Shown here piece after piece: positions 46,985-57,764 of a stretch of 64,000 bases of DNA (the stretch's first letter is position 1; each line of letters begins with the position of its first letter). Source of the stretch: Azolla caroliniana (Eukaryota; Plantae; Polypodiophyta); contig JBHGNT010000001.1 of NCBI GenBank assembly GCA_043228905.1, positions 15,934,001 through 15,998,000 on the forward strand, in the 5' to 3' direction. The position numbers and the translations under genes were made by a program. The notes beneath the pieces are model-generated. The model had not been told where the DNA came from and made no database searches. It was given only the letters and a program-made list of their open reading frames with translations.

Positions 46985-46996
46985 TTGAACCAATTT
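46985..46996 (+). promoter_or_regulatory. Self-priming PBS
   Basis: TTGAACCAATTT is the exact complement of AAATTGGTTCAA at 46764-46775, about 33 nt after the TATA box. There is no TGG tRNA-type PBS. Confidence 0.8.
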
Positions 46997-47055
46997 CCCT
47001 ACCCTCTGTCTCTCTCATTTCCTACTAATCTTTTATTCCTCTTTTCTTTCATCCC

Positions 47056-48207
47056 ATGGCCACTGTTAGCGCTGAAGAATATCAATCTGTTTTCTCGGAA
47101 TTCCAATGCTTGAAGGAGAAGTTCCATGCTTTGGAACAAGAAAACCAACGGTTGCTGGGGGATCTTCAACAAATCTCCTTAGAAAAGCAACAAACGCAAC
47201 AACAACATGGGGAACTTGCGTTACGCGTGCAACAACTCGAAGCCACCATCGTAGCGATGCAACAACATGGGCCCGGAACACAAGGGATTCATAAAGAACC
47301 TAAGATTGGCCTTCCCACGAAGTTCGATGGAACGCGATCGCAGTTTAGAGGGTTCCTTAACCAGGTACGATTAGTTATTCAAATGTATCCTTCCCGATAT
47401 CCCACCGATGCATCACGAGTGGGTTTAGTAGGCACCTTGTTAAGTGGCTCAGCGTTGTCATGGTTCGCTCCACTATTAGAAAAGGAATCTCCGTTACTCA
47501 ACAATTTTGAAGAGTTTCTAGGTGAGTTTAAAGCATGTTTCGGAGATACTGACAGCATCAGGACCGCAATCAACAAAATCCGGCGATTACGCCAAGGTGA
47601 CCGTCCAGCCTCCGCATACGCTGCAGATTTTCGCCTACTCGCCGCCGATATCCCTTGGGATGATCAAGCGTTGATGGAGCAATTCCGTTATGGTTTACGC
47701 AACGACGTCAAGGATTTACTCTTGACCTTCCCCGAAGAGCCAAAGTCCTTAACAGAAGCAATCAGTCGCGCGGTGAGATGTGACAACCGCCTCTTTGAGT
47801 GACGTTCGGAACGACAGCTACAGATGCCGAGGGCAAGATCAGAGCCCACCTACGCCTCAGTGGTAGCAAGACCTTTTCCGAGGGAGTCATATAATGTGTC
47901 TCCAGCGAATACTCCGACTCCGATGGAGATTGACACTACACGTCGTCGAGGGCCATTATCCAAAGAAGAAAAGCAGCGACGCCGTACAAATCGACTATGT
48001 CTTTACTGCGGTGGACCAGGACATATCGCAATAAATTGCCCCCATAGGCCAAGAAGACAGGTAAACCAAATAGTCGCTAGTTCTAATTGTACTAAATTCG
48101 AACCTATTTCAGTAGGGATATCTGATAGTCCTAATAGTACTAATATCCCAGATCTAGCAAACAAATTTGATGTCCTTAGTCAGTTAGAAGAAGAGTTAAA
48201 CGACTAA
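47056..48207 (+). pseudogene. Chromovirus gag (one premature TGA at 47800)
   Basis: KFDGTRSQFRGFLNQ, LRQGDRPASAYAADF, TPMEID and CLYCGGPGHIAINCP are in one frame across the stop. Confidence 0.88.
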
Positions 48208-48246
48208 GTCCAGCCAAAATAGGAGCCGTTTGGTTGGACAGCCCTA
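48195..48246 (+). other. -1 ribosomal frameshift signal (gag/pol)
   Basis: G TTA AAC in gag phase, 6-nt spacer, stem GTCCAGCCAAA/TTTGGTTGGAC. Loop TAGG can pair with downstream CCTA, and the -1 frame is open into pol. Confidence 0.75.
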
Positions 48247-51200
48247 GATCTGTGCAGCCCATTAGTGGTTCCATTCCCTCTAAGCAAGTTAGTGATGTGT
48301 TCGTAGCCCAAGTAATAGTTAGTACTAAAAGTACCCCTCCAGTACATGTCCTAGCACTCCTAGATTCCGGAGCTAACTCTTGCTTTATGGATAAGAAATT
48401 TGCTCAAGCTCATAAGATATCCCTAAGAAAACTCCAGTGTCCAGCCTCTGTAGTAGTCATTGATGGACGTCCCATTGCTTCCGGAAATATCCTAGAAGAG
48501 TCAGAGCCCATTAATATTGTCCTAGATAACTTAGTATGTGTAGTATCATTTAATATTATTAGTATCCCAGAACATCCTATAGTTTTAGGACTACCGTGGT
48601 TCGAGTTACATAACCCTGACATAGATTGGAGAACAAGAGAAATCCGGTGTCGACAAACCCAAGGGTCAACTCAGAAGATGGCAACCATTTCGCTACGTCA
48701 GTTGCGTAAAGAAGGGCACAAGGAGGAAATGTTCCTCTTTGCAATATCAGTAAACCCCTCCAACACCACTAAAGAAGAATCCACCGTTCAACTTCCCGAG
48801 AAGTATCGCCATTACACCGATGTGTTCGATAAAGTACAAGCCAACACACTTCCTCATCATCGACCGTACGATTGCCCCATCGATTTACAACCGGGAAAAG
48901 AGCCGCCATGGGGACCGATCTACAATTTGTCACCAACCGAGCTGGAAGTCCTTCGGGCCTATATAGAGGAGAATTTGGAAAATGGTTTCATTCGGCATTC
49001 GAAATCTCCAGCCGGTGCGCCCATTTTCTTCGTCAAGAAAAAAGATGGATCGCTTCGTCTCGTTGTAGATTACCGTGGCTTGAATAAGGTTACAATCAGG
49101 AATAGGTATGCTCTTCCCCTTATCTCAAGTCTTTTAGAACGGATCAATGGTGCCAGGTTCTTCACGAAGATCGACTTACGGGGAGCATATAACCTCGTAC
49201 GGATCCGACCAGGAGACGAATGGAAGACCGCGTTTCGCACCAGATATGGGCACTTCGAGTATACTGTCATGCCGTTCGGCCTCACTAATGCGCCGGCAGT
49301 CTTCCAGCACATGGCTAATGATATATTCCGAGATCTATTGGATGATTGTTTGATCATCTATTTGGATGATCTACTGGTTTATTCAAAGACCCAAGAAGAA
49401 CATGATTCTCATGTACTATTAGTACTAAAACGACTTCGAGAACATGGTCTGTATGCAAAGCTAGAAAAATGTAGTTTCGGGTGCAACCAAGTGGAATTTC
49501 TCGGCTACATCATTTCGTCAGAAGGCATCTCCATGGACCCAGCTAAGGTCAGAACGGTGGTAGAATGGCAGACTCCGCGTTCGGTACGGGATGTGCAATG
49601 CTTCTTAGGCTTTGCCAATTTTTACCGGAAGTTCATACAGGATTACTCAAAGATCGTTCTACCTCTCACACAACTTACCAGGAAGGGACAACCGTTCACC
49701 TGGTCTGAAGAAACGGACATGGCTTTCGAGAGTCTTAAAAAAACATTTACATCGGCTCCAATTCTAGCTCATGTCGATCCGGAGAAACCATTCATTATCG
49801 AAGCTGACGCATCGGATTTTGCATTGGGGAGCATTCTGTCACAACAGGGGAATGATGAAAAGCTACATCCTGTGGCTTTTCACTCACGCAAGTTTGATGC
49901 CGCCGAAATCAACTACGAAATCCATGATAAGGAGCTATTGGCAATAGTGGATTCTTTTATGCAATGGAGGCATTTTCTGGAGGGATCCTCTCATCCAGTC
50001 ACCGTATTTAGTGACCACAAGAATCTTGCCTACTTTCAGGATGCTCGTGTGTTGAATCGACGTCAAGCTCGGTGGGCCCACTTCCTCACGCGTTTCGACT
50101 TCAAAATTACATATCGTCCGGGGAGGCACCAAGGGAAGGCAGATGCATTATCACGGCGTTCGTATCTAGCCCCCCGCCCCGGCGAGCCAGCTTTCGATAA
50201 CCAAAAACAAGTCATCTTGGGACCGGCACGATTACAAGCAACACAAATCTTTGACATGCCTATGGATTCCCGCGTTATCGATACCATACGTGAAGACTTG
50301 AAGACAGATGCGTTCGCCCAAGCTATACTAGCACAAATTGATCCCTCATGAGCGTCGTGTTCACAATCGCAACCACCAGGTACGGACTATCGGCAATTCA
50401 AATACCATGATGGATTACTCTTCTTTAAAGAACTTTTGTATGTTCCTAATGGTTCTTGCCGCCTTCGAGTAGTACAAAACTGTCATGACACATATACAGC
50501 TGGGCATTTTGGTAGTACTAAAACATTACATTTAGTACAACGATCATTCTGGTGGCCCTGTATGCGACAATTTGTCGAGGATTTTGTTCGGACTTGTGAT
50601 ACATGTTGCAGAGCGAAAATGCCAAGGCATCATCCATATGGTTTATTAGAACCATTATCAATTCCAAGCAAGCCGTGGCAATCCATTGCTCTAGACTTCA
50701 TCACAGATCTTCCAGTCTCTAAGGGGTTCAATGCGATTCTAACGGTGGTCGATCGATATACGAAGATGGCTCATTTCTTGCCATGTACTAAGGAGATCTC
50801 CAGTGAAGACACTGCCGAAATTGTCATGCGTGAAGTATGTCGGCATCATGGACTCCCCGATAGTATCATCAGCGACCGTGGACCCCAGTTCGTGTCAAAA
50901 TTCTGGAAGCACCTTTTTAACATGCTCAAGGTCACTTGTAACCTCTCTTCCGGCTACCACCCACAAACTGACGGCCAAGCTGAACGAACAAATCAAACGT
51001 TGGAGCAGTATCTGCGGTGCTTTCTCAGCTATCATCAGGACGACTGGGCAGATATTCTCCACTTCGCCGAATTTGCCTATAACAACTCTATCCACGCATC
51101 CACTAAAGTTACGCCATTTTATGCTTATACGGGATGTCACCCCCGGTGGAGTGTACTTGAAACCCCCGAGGTGTCCACAAATCCGTGCGCAGAGGATCGT

Positions 51201-51770
51201 TTGGAGCGGTTACGCAAGATACAAGCGGATTTATCTACTCATCTCCAGCAAGCTCAACAAACACACAAGGTCTACGCGGATCGTCATCGACTTCCATCTA
51301 GTTTTAATATTGGAGATCGGGTGTGGTTACTACGACGACACATCAAGACTACTCGCCCATGTGAGAAGTTGGATTATCGGCGATTAGGTCCTTTCCGTAT
51401 TATTGGAAAGATTAATGATGTTGCTTTTCGTCTCGATCTACCTCCTCAACTTCGGATACATCCGGTGTTTCATAGTTCTCTCTTCGAACCCTACCACGAG
51501 AGCACCATCCCAGAACGTCTTATCCAACCTCCACCCCCGATCGAGCTTGAAGATGGGCCGGAGTACGAGGTTGCCGCCATTCTTGATTCCAAGATTGTTC
51601 GCAACAAGCTCTACTATCTAGTCGATTGGCTAGGCTATAGTCCTAGCGAACGTACTTGGGAACCGATCGAGAATGTAACCAATGCTCGTGCTCTTCTTGA
51701 AGACTTCCATCGTCAATATCCACACAAACCGGGTCCTCAATCCAAGACGACTCGTGACACTCGTCGTTTT
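48200..51770 (+). pseudogene. Chromovirus pol (PR-RT-RH-INT-chromodomain) with one premature TGA at 50349
   Basis: ORFs 48234-50351 and 50436-51812 are in the same frame. Confidence 0.9.
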
Positions 51771-52387
51771 TGTTGGGATTTCGGTCCCTCCGGATGGGAT
51801 GTCCGGAGATGAATGACGGCAAGCCCGGAGGCTGTTACGGAGCCGGATGCTGAAGACCCCGGTTACGGAGCCGGATGCTGAAGACCCCGGTTACGGAGCC
51901 GGATGACGTATGTACCCGGAGAGAGATCCGGATGCGGGGACATATCTGTGAATATGTTTGCCAAGGGCCCTTGAGGCTATATTTGTAAATAGCCCGAAAG
52001 TCATATGTGTATAAATATGACTTAGGGCAAACAGTTTTGTTAGTTGTTGCTCATTTTTCTGTTTTCCACTAAGAGGGAGCGAAGTGAGAGCAGCCGAGAG
52101 AGAGTGAGAGAACGAAGAGGAAGGAAGAGGTCGACGCCTCTGTGTAATACCGCCGCCTGTGGCGAGGACAGCGAGCTCAAGGTCGTCGCCTTGCAGCTCG
52201 CCATTGTACATTCCCGCGCATAGTGATAGTTGGAGTCTTGCACTCCCGTGGTTTTTCCCATTTAGGGTTTTCCACGTAAAACATCCAGTGTACCCTTCTC
52301 TCTATTGTTTTTCGTGCATTCTTGTACTTCCCGTTTTCTGTGAATCGATCCTGTTCCTCGGTGGTGGCCGAGCACGGAATTACGACA
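51771..52387 (+). repeat. 5' LTR (617 bp) of copia E, with about 3 x 28-bp tandem repeat at 51834-51908
   Basis: TGTTGGG...ACGACA termini; repeat unit GTTACGGAGCCGGATGCTGAAGACCCCG. Confidence 0.93.
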
Positions 52388-52418
52388 AAGTGGTATCAGA
52401 GCGACGGTAACACAGAAA

Positions 52419-54825
52419 ATGGAAGGCGGCAGCAGCGGGCAGCCGGGGATGATGGTGCTGAATGCGCAGAACTACGCCGACTGGAAGATAAAGATGGAGG
52501 ATCTGCTCATTGTTCGGGACCTGTATGAACCGATCGACAGGTCGGAAATACCCAAGGGGGTACTTGAGACGGAGTGGAGGCTTCTGAACCGGAAAGCCGT
52601 TGCAACCATTCGGCAATACGTCGACGTGAGCGTTCTACAACACGTGGCGAACGACACCAACGCATATGAGATGTGGCGGAAGCTGTCGGGCCTCTACGAG
52701 AGGAAGAATGCGTTGAACCGGACCTCCCTGATGAGAAAGATAGTGAACCTCAAGTACCGGGACGGCGAGAGTATGGTGGAACACGTAAGCACGTTCATGG
52801 GATTCGTGAACCAGCTTGCGGCGATCAAGTTCCCGTTGGAGGATGCAATGCAAGCCATCATCCTAATGTGTACATTGCCGGACAGCTGGGAGAACTTGGT
52901 GGTGACTCTCAGCACCTCCTGCACCGAAGATAACTTGTCCCTACAAACGGTAAAGACAAGTATTTTGAACGAAGAAGCGCGTCGGAGAGATAAAGAACCG
53001 GCCCCCGACTCGAAGGCGCTGCTTACCGAATCGGAACGGGGAAGACAATGGAACCGGAGTCCGCAAAGACGGGAGAAGTCGGGGACCCGGTCGCAGTCAA
53101 GAGGAAGACCCACATGCTTCCACTGTGGGAAGCCGGGGCACTTCCGGAAGAATTGTCGGCATTACCGAAAAGACAACGGAGCCGACGACACCGATTCGAA
53201 GAAGTCACCGGAGAGAAACGGTGCATACCGGGGAGCCACGGACCGGAGAGGTCCGGATCGGCGAGGGCAGGACCGGAAAGGAACAACGGCACTCGCGGCA
53301 AGTGAGGAAGAAATCATGCTCATCACCGAAGAAGGTGAACTAAACATTGCCGGCGATGAGACTACCTGGGTGGTCGATTCCGGAGCGTCGTTCCACCTGA
53401 CCCCGGAAAGTAGATACTTCTCATCCTACACAGCCGGTGAACATGGCTGTGTTCGGATGGGAAATGAAGGTACGTGCCGGATTGCCGGTATAGGAGACGT
53501 ATGGTTGACAACCCCGACCGGATGCAAAATGCTGCTGAAGGATGTCCGACACGTTCCGGAGGTTCGATTGAACCTGATTTCGGCCGGGAGGCTAGACGAT
53601 GAAGGCTACACAGGTAGCATCCGGAACGGCGTAATGAAGTTCAGCAAGGGAAGCCTGATAGTGGCTCGGGCCCGGAAAGTCAACACACTGTACCTTATGA
53701 ATGCCTGGTTGTGTCCGGAAGAGCTGAATGTGGCAGCCGACACTGCCGGTGAGCTGTGGCACAAAAGACTGTGCCACATGAGTGAGAAGGGGATGAAGAG
53801 GCTTGCAGAAGACAACCTTATTCCAGTGAAGCATGTGCACCTGGAGAAGTGCACCGATTGCCTGGCCGGTAAGCAGAACCGAACCTCCTTCCACTCAAGG
53901 CCACCGACGAGACGTAGCGCACCATTGGAGTTGGTGCACACTGATGTGTGTCAGGTAGAAACGAAGTCACATGGCGGAGCCCAGTACTTCGTGACTTTCA
54001 TTGATGATCACAGCCGGAAGCTGTGGACGGCGCCGTTGAAGACAAAGGACCAAGTGTTGTCCGTCTTCAAAGAACTCCACGCGAGAGTGGAAAGAGAATC
54101 CGGCAAGAAGCTGAAAGCGATACGAGCGGATAACGGAGGGGAATACCGGGGGCAGTTCCAGGAGTACTGTCGCTCGAAGGGAATCCGGCTCGAGTTTACT
54201 GTGCCGAAGACGCCGGAACTAAACGGGCTGGCCGAGAGGATGAACCGGACCATAATGGAGAGGGTCCGGAGTATGCTGGCGCATGCGAAATTACCCAAGG
54301 GGTTTTGGGCTGAGGCAATGTCGACGGCGACATACGTGATAAACAGATCACCCTCAGTACCTTTGGACGGAGACACGCCGCAGAAAGTGTGGACCGGTAA
54401 GGAAGTGTCCTACCGGCATCTGAAGGTGTTCGGGTGTCTCGCATACGTGCATGTGGCAAAGGACCGGAGAGGAAAGCTAGATCCAAAGACCCGGCCATGC
54501 ATATTCCTCGGTTACGGCGACGACGAGTTCGGCTACCGAGTATGGGACCCGGTCGACAAGAAGATATTCAGGAGTCGAGACATCATCTTCATGGAGGACA
54601 AGACACTCGCCGACTGGGAGTCGGAGAAGAAGATGAAGAGCTCCAAGTCGACCGGTGAAGATCAACTCTACGAGGAGCAGTCCCGACCGGCAAGGGACCG
54701 GTTAGCACTCGAGGATCCGGCCGAAGACGGTGAAGAAACAGAACCGGCCGAAGAAGATGAAAATGATACCGGAACCGGCCCCGATCCCGAAATGGATTCG
54801 GATGAAGAAGAATCGGAAGAACCGG
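52419..54825 (+). CDS. Copia E polyprotein, N-terminal part (gag, PR, INT)
   Basis: CFHCGKPGHFRKNC, WVVDSGASFH and RADNGGEY. Open up to the insertion point. Confidence 0.92.
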
Positions 54826-55632
54826 TGTCGTAGTGTAGGTTGCACACTATGTGGAAATTATATTTTTGTCCCTCCGGATAGAGAATGGAGTGCTCGGTGA
54901 GAACCGGAAGAAAACGGCATACCGGCAAGGAGGAAAAACGGCATACCGGCAAGGAAGAAAACGGCATACCGGCAAGGAAGAGCCGGATAAAGAGACATAA
55001 ATGTAAAAAGAAAGGAAATACTCACTACTGCGCAGGGCGTGATTCGAACTCTGCACCTTCACGTTGACAAACCCCAACCTTACCATTACATTAACTTATC
55101 TTAAGTGTTTTAAATATAGATTTAATACGTATAAGACCTTTATTTATGCATACCTTTATTAAAAGGTAAATCGTGTATTTTTTTAATATATGAAAAAGAA
55201 AAACACGAGACACTAAAAATAACTCATGCACATCTAGCGTGCATGAGCCCTATACTTAGGAAATAAAAAAAAAGCATCACATGCACATTTAGGGGACATG
55301 AACACTTTTTGTAAAAAAGCATGAAGCCATGCTTAGCTCTTCCATCTTTATATAAGGAGGAGAAAAATATGTATATGGTTGTTGATTATTTGGATTAAGA
55401 ATTAATCAATACAAAAATTATTCGTGGGATTCACGATTTATACGTCTACTTCTCTCTTAACACCCTAAGTACCAATTAATATAGTATACTCGTGTGATTC
55501 ACGAGTTTCTTATCTTTCTCTTTGCTATTTACTCATAATTAATCTCTATCTCACGAACTTCTTTCTCCTAGTCCAAGACCTCTGTGGTTCCCACCCGACT
55601 CACGCAACGATCCGGAGCCGAAAGGCACGACA
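54826..55632 (+). repeat. 5' LTR (807 bp) with 3 x about 23-bp repeat AAAACGGCATACCGGCAAGGA
   Basis: TGTCGT...ACGACA termini, TATATAAGG at about 55350. Confidence 0.95.
55028..55100 (-). promoter_or_regulatory. tRNA-like Pol III A/B-box module in LTR U3 (copy at about 61501-61573)
   Basis: Minus strand TAATGTAATGGTAAG...AAGGTGCAG AGTTCGAATC, with the same spacing as the 12168 module and a T5 run about 20 nt downstream. Confidence 0.6.
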
Positions 55633-55636
55633 CAGT

Positions 55637-55654
55637 TGGTGAACCCGACGTGAA
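55637..55654 (+). promoter_or_regulatory. PBS, 18-nt complement of the tRNA-Trp 3' end
   Basis: TGGTGAACCCGACGTGAA, compared with the recalled plant tRNA-Trp sequence. Confidence 0.85.
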
Positions 55655-55670
55655 GACGGGTGGCAAGGAG

Positions 55671-57710
55671 ATGGAGGCTCAACAAGCTAACAATATGATG
55701 GCGATGTTCGAACGGATGCTTCAAGAACAACGCACGATGTCGGAGATTTCGGCATCAGTAGAGCGGCTCGTGCAACGCAACGGGCAATTTAATGGTAAGG
55801 ATGTGTCGCGATATTTGCAGGACTACAAGGCGGAGATGCTCCGGTGCCGGGCTTCGGAAGGACTACAAGTGACATCCTTTAACCGGGTGGCGACCGACGG
55901 GCTTCAAGGGAGTATCCACGGGTTGCAACAACAAAATCCGACGTGGGAAGCATTCGAAGAGGCGTTAAAGACCACGTTTGCCATCGAGGACTCCTCCAAG
56001 GCAACGCGGAGGGGATTCGAGGATTGGGTGGAAACGTCAGGTAAGGGGCTGAAGGTCCTCGAAGTGTTTTCGACATTCGAAAGTCGGTTCGGGAGGTTGT
56101 CCGCGAGAGATCAAACTATTCTTGCACCGGACAAAGTCATCATGTTTTTGCGAGCTGTGGACGTCCGGGACCGGAAAGATCTCGGAGTGCTTCTTGAGGA
56201 CACGACCACCGAAAGCGGCCTCACCGAAACATGGGAAAGCGTGCGGGATATCGTCGCGCGTTACACGAAGAGGGGGCAATGGCTTGCCAACGAAGAAAAG
56301 AGGGTTTCGGAACCGATTCCGAAACCGAGAACGGGACTGGAAGACCATCAACCGAGGGCTCGGGAGATTACGGCCGAGAAGGGAGTCGACGCGTCTACGG
56401 TGGAGCAGCTGCTGAAGGAGATGGAGAATCTAAAGATCGCGATGGTGAAGAAGTCGGATGACCGTCCCACAAGCTCCAAATATACGGATCGACGGTGCAT
56501 ATGGTGCGATAGCGCCGAACACGATCGGAGGGATTGCGACGACCATAAGGAGGCGCTACGACGGGATCTCATCTACTACGAGGGAAACCGGATTCATTCG
56601 ATGGACTCTCGGAAGCCACTCCGACCGAACTTCCGGAAAGGCGGCATGAAGAAGGTGCTCGAGGAGGAGTTAGCGGCAAGAAGCAACTATGCGACAACCG
56701 CGGGAATATGTGTCGGGGAGTCATCGGGAGCGAAGGCGTCTTTCTGGCCGGAGGTGCTAGGAAACACCGAGAAAACCGACTCCAACGATATCCGAAACAC
56801 CGCGGAAGGCGTCCGGGAAGCTACGGGATGGGAGTGCCCTGTCGACAAGAATAGCATATACGCCCTGTGTCAATTACATGAGGTGTATGTGGACGAGAAA
56901 CGACGGCGCACGGAGGATGCGGCCGGACCATCGAAGATACCGGAAAGCTGGAACTCCGGAGGTAAGGGAAAAGAAAAGGCGACTCCGGCATTCAAGCTCG
57001 CCTCGGACATAGAACAACAAACCGACTTGAAAAGAGTGTTCGAGGAAAGAATCTTGGATAGCCGGGTAGATTTTTCGCTGCGGGAACTACTCGGAATAGC
57101 GAAGAAGGAGTTTCACGATCTTCTCGTGGATCTCGTGAAAAGGAAGAGACAAAGTACGGAGGAAAATGCTCCAAGGGTGAATGCAAATACCGTTTCAATG
57201 AACAACACCGAAGTGGAAGGCGAAATTCCGAACTCCCACTATACAAGGCCACACTGGGCACGTGCGACTACGGAGACTCCGGTCCGAATCGGCAACATCA
57301 AAGAACCCGTGCTAGCATTGATTGATCACGGATCGGAGATCAACTTGATGTCCAAGGAGTTCTACCGAAAGGGGAAGTGGCCTATAAACACCAACCATGG
57401 ATGGAAGATTCGGGCAGCCACGAAAACGACAGAAGACCTATTTGCGGCTTGTCCGGATGTGACGGTAAAGATCGGGGATGTAGAAATTGACCAAAATTTC
57501 TTTGTGCAGGATGAGGTTTCACATTCTGTCATCCTCGGCCAACCCTTTATCACGGCTTCACGGATGGAGACGAAGGTGCTCGATAGTGGTGCGGCTTTTG
57601 CGCGAATTCGGAGCCAAAACGGAGGGAAATCCGTCCAATTCCTAACGGTGCCGGCAAATCACGAAAGGAACAAGAGGGAACTCTTGTCCCAAGTGAGAAT
57701 GGATTTTTAA
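55671..57710 (+). CDS. Gag-protease ORF of the Trp-primed gypsy
   Basis: First ATG after the PBS. Zinc knuckle CIWCDSAEHDRRDC and aspartic protease ALIDHGSEINLMS lie before the stop. Confidence 0.9.
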   Translation: MEAQQANNMMAMFERMLQEQRTMSEISASVERLVQRNGQFNGKDVSRYLQDYKAEMLRCRASEGLQVTSFNRVATDGLQGSIHGLQQQNPTWEAFEEALKTTFAIEDSSKATRRGFEDWVETSGKGLKVLEVFSTFESRFGRLSARDQTILAPDKVIMFLRAVDVRDRKDLGVLLEDTTTESGLTETWESVRDIVARYTKRGQWLANEEKRVSEPIPKPRTGLEDHQPRAREITAEKGVDASTVEQLLKEMENLKIAMVKKSDDRPTSSKYTDRRCIWCDSAEHDRRDCDDHKEALRRDLIYYEGNRIHSMDSRKPLRPNFRKGGMKKVLEEELAARSNYATTAGICVGESSGAKASFWPEVLGNTEKTDSNDIRNTAEGVREATGWECPVDKNSIYALCQLHEVYVDEKRRRTEDAAGPSKIPESWNSGGKGKEKATPAFKLASDIEQQTDLKRVFEERILDSRVDFSLRELLGIAKKEFHDLLVDLVKRKRQSTEENAPRVNANTVSMNNTEVEGEIPNSHYTRPHWARATTETPVRIGNIKEPVLALIDHGSEINLMSKEFYRKGKWPINTNHGWKIRAATKTTEDLFAACPDVTVKIGDVEIDQNFFVQDEVSHSVILGQPFITASRMETKVLDSGAAFARIRSQNGGKSVQFLTVPANHERNKRELLSQVRMDF

Positions 57711-57764
57711 AGCGGACTGTTGCGGAGTGGGGAAGTGATAGTCCGAGAAGCCCTGATACCCCAC
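57701..57764 (+). other. -1 frameshift signal (gag-pro/pol)
   Basis: G GAT TTT directly before TAA. Stem 1 CGGACTGT/ATAGTCCG, stem 2 GTGGGG/CCCCAC. The -1 frame is open for 48 codons to the ATG at 57845. Confidence 0.75.

Larger units (their letters stand above)
46564..51770 (+). mobile_element. Tcn1-like chromovirus (Ty3/gypsy with chromodomain); 3' end displaced by the copia E insertion
   Basis: 5' LTR 46564-46982 (TGTCATGA...TCATGACA), gag, PR LLDSGANSCF, RT YLDDLLVYS, RH, INT and chromodomain EYEVAAILDSKIVRNKLYYLVDWLGY...WEP. Confidence 0.93.

Noticed and set aside
51834-51908. CRISPR-like repeat arrays (also 54911-54980 and 15940-16010)
   Set aside because: Head-to-tail LTR tandem repeats with no unique spacers and no cas genes, in a eukaryotic TE context.
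55584-55670. Upstream GTG start of the gag ORF given in the track
   Set aside because: It lies in the LTR/PBS. The first ATG after the PBS (55671) is more plausible.
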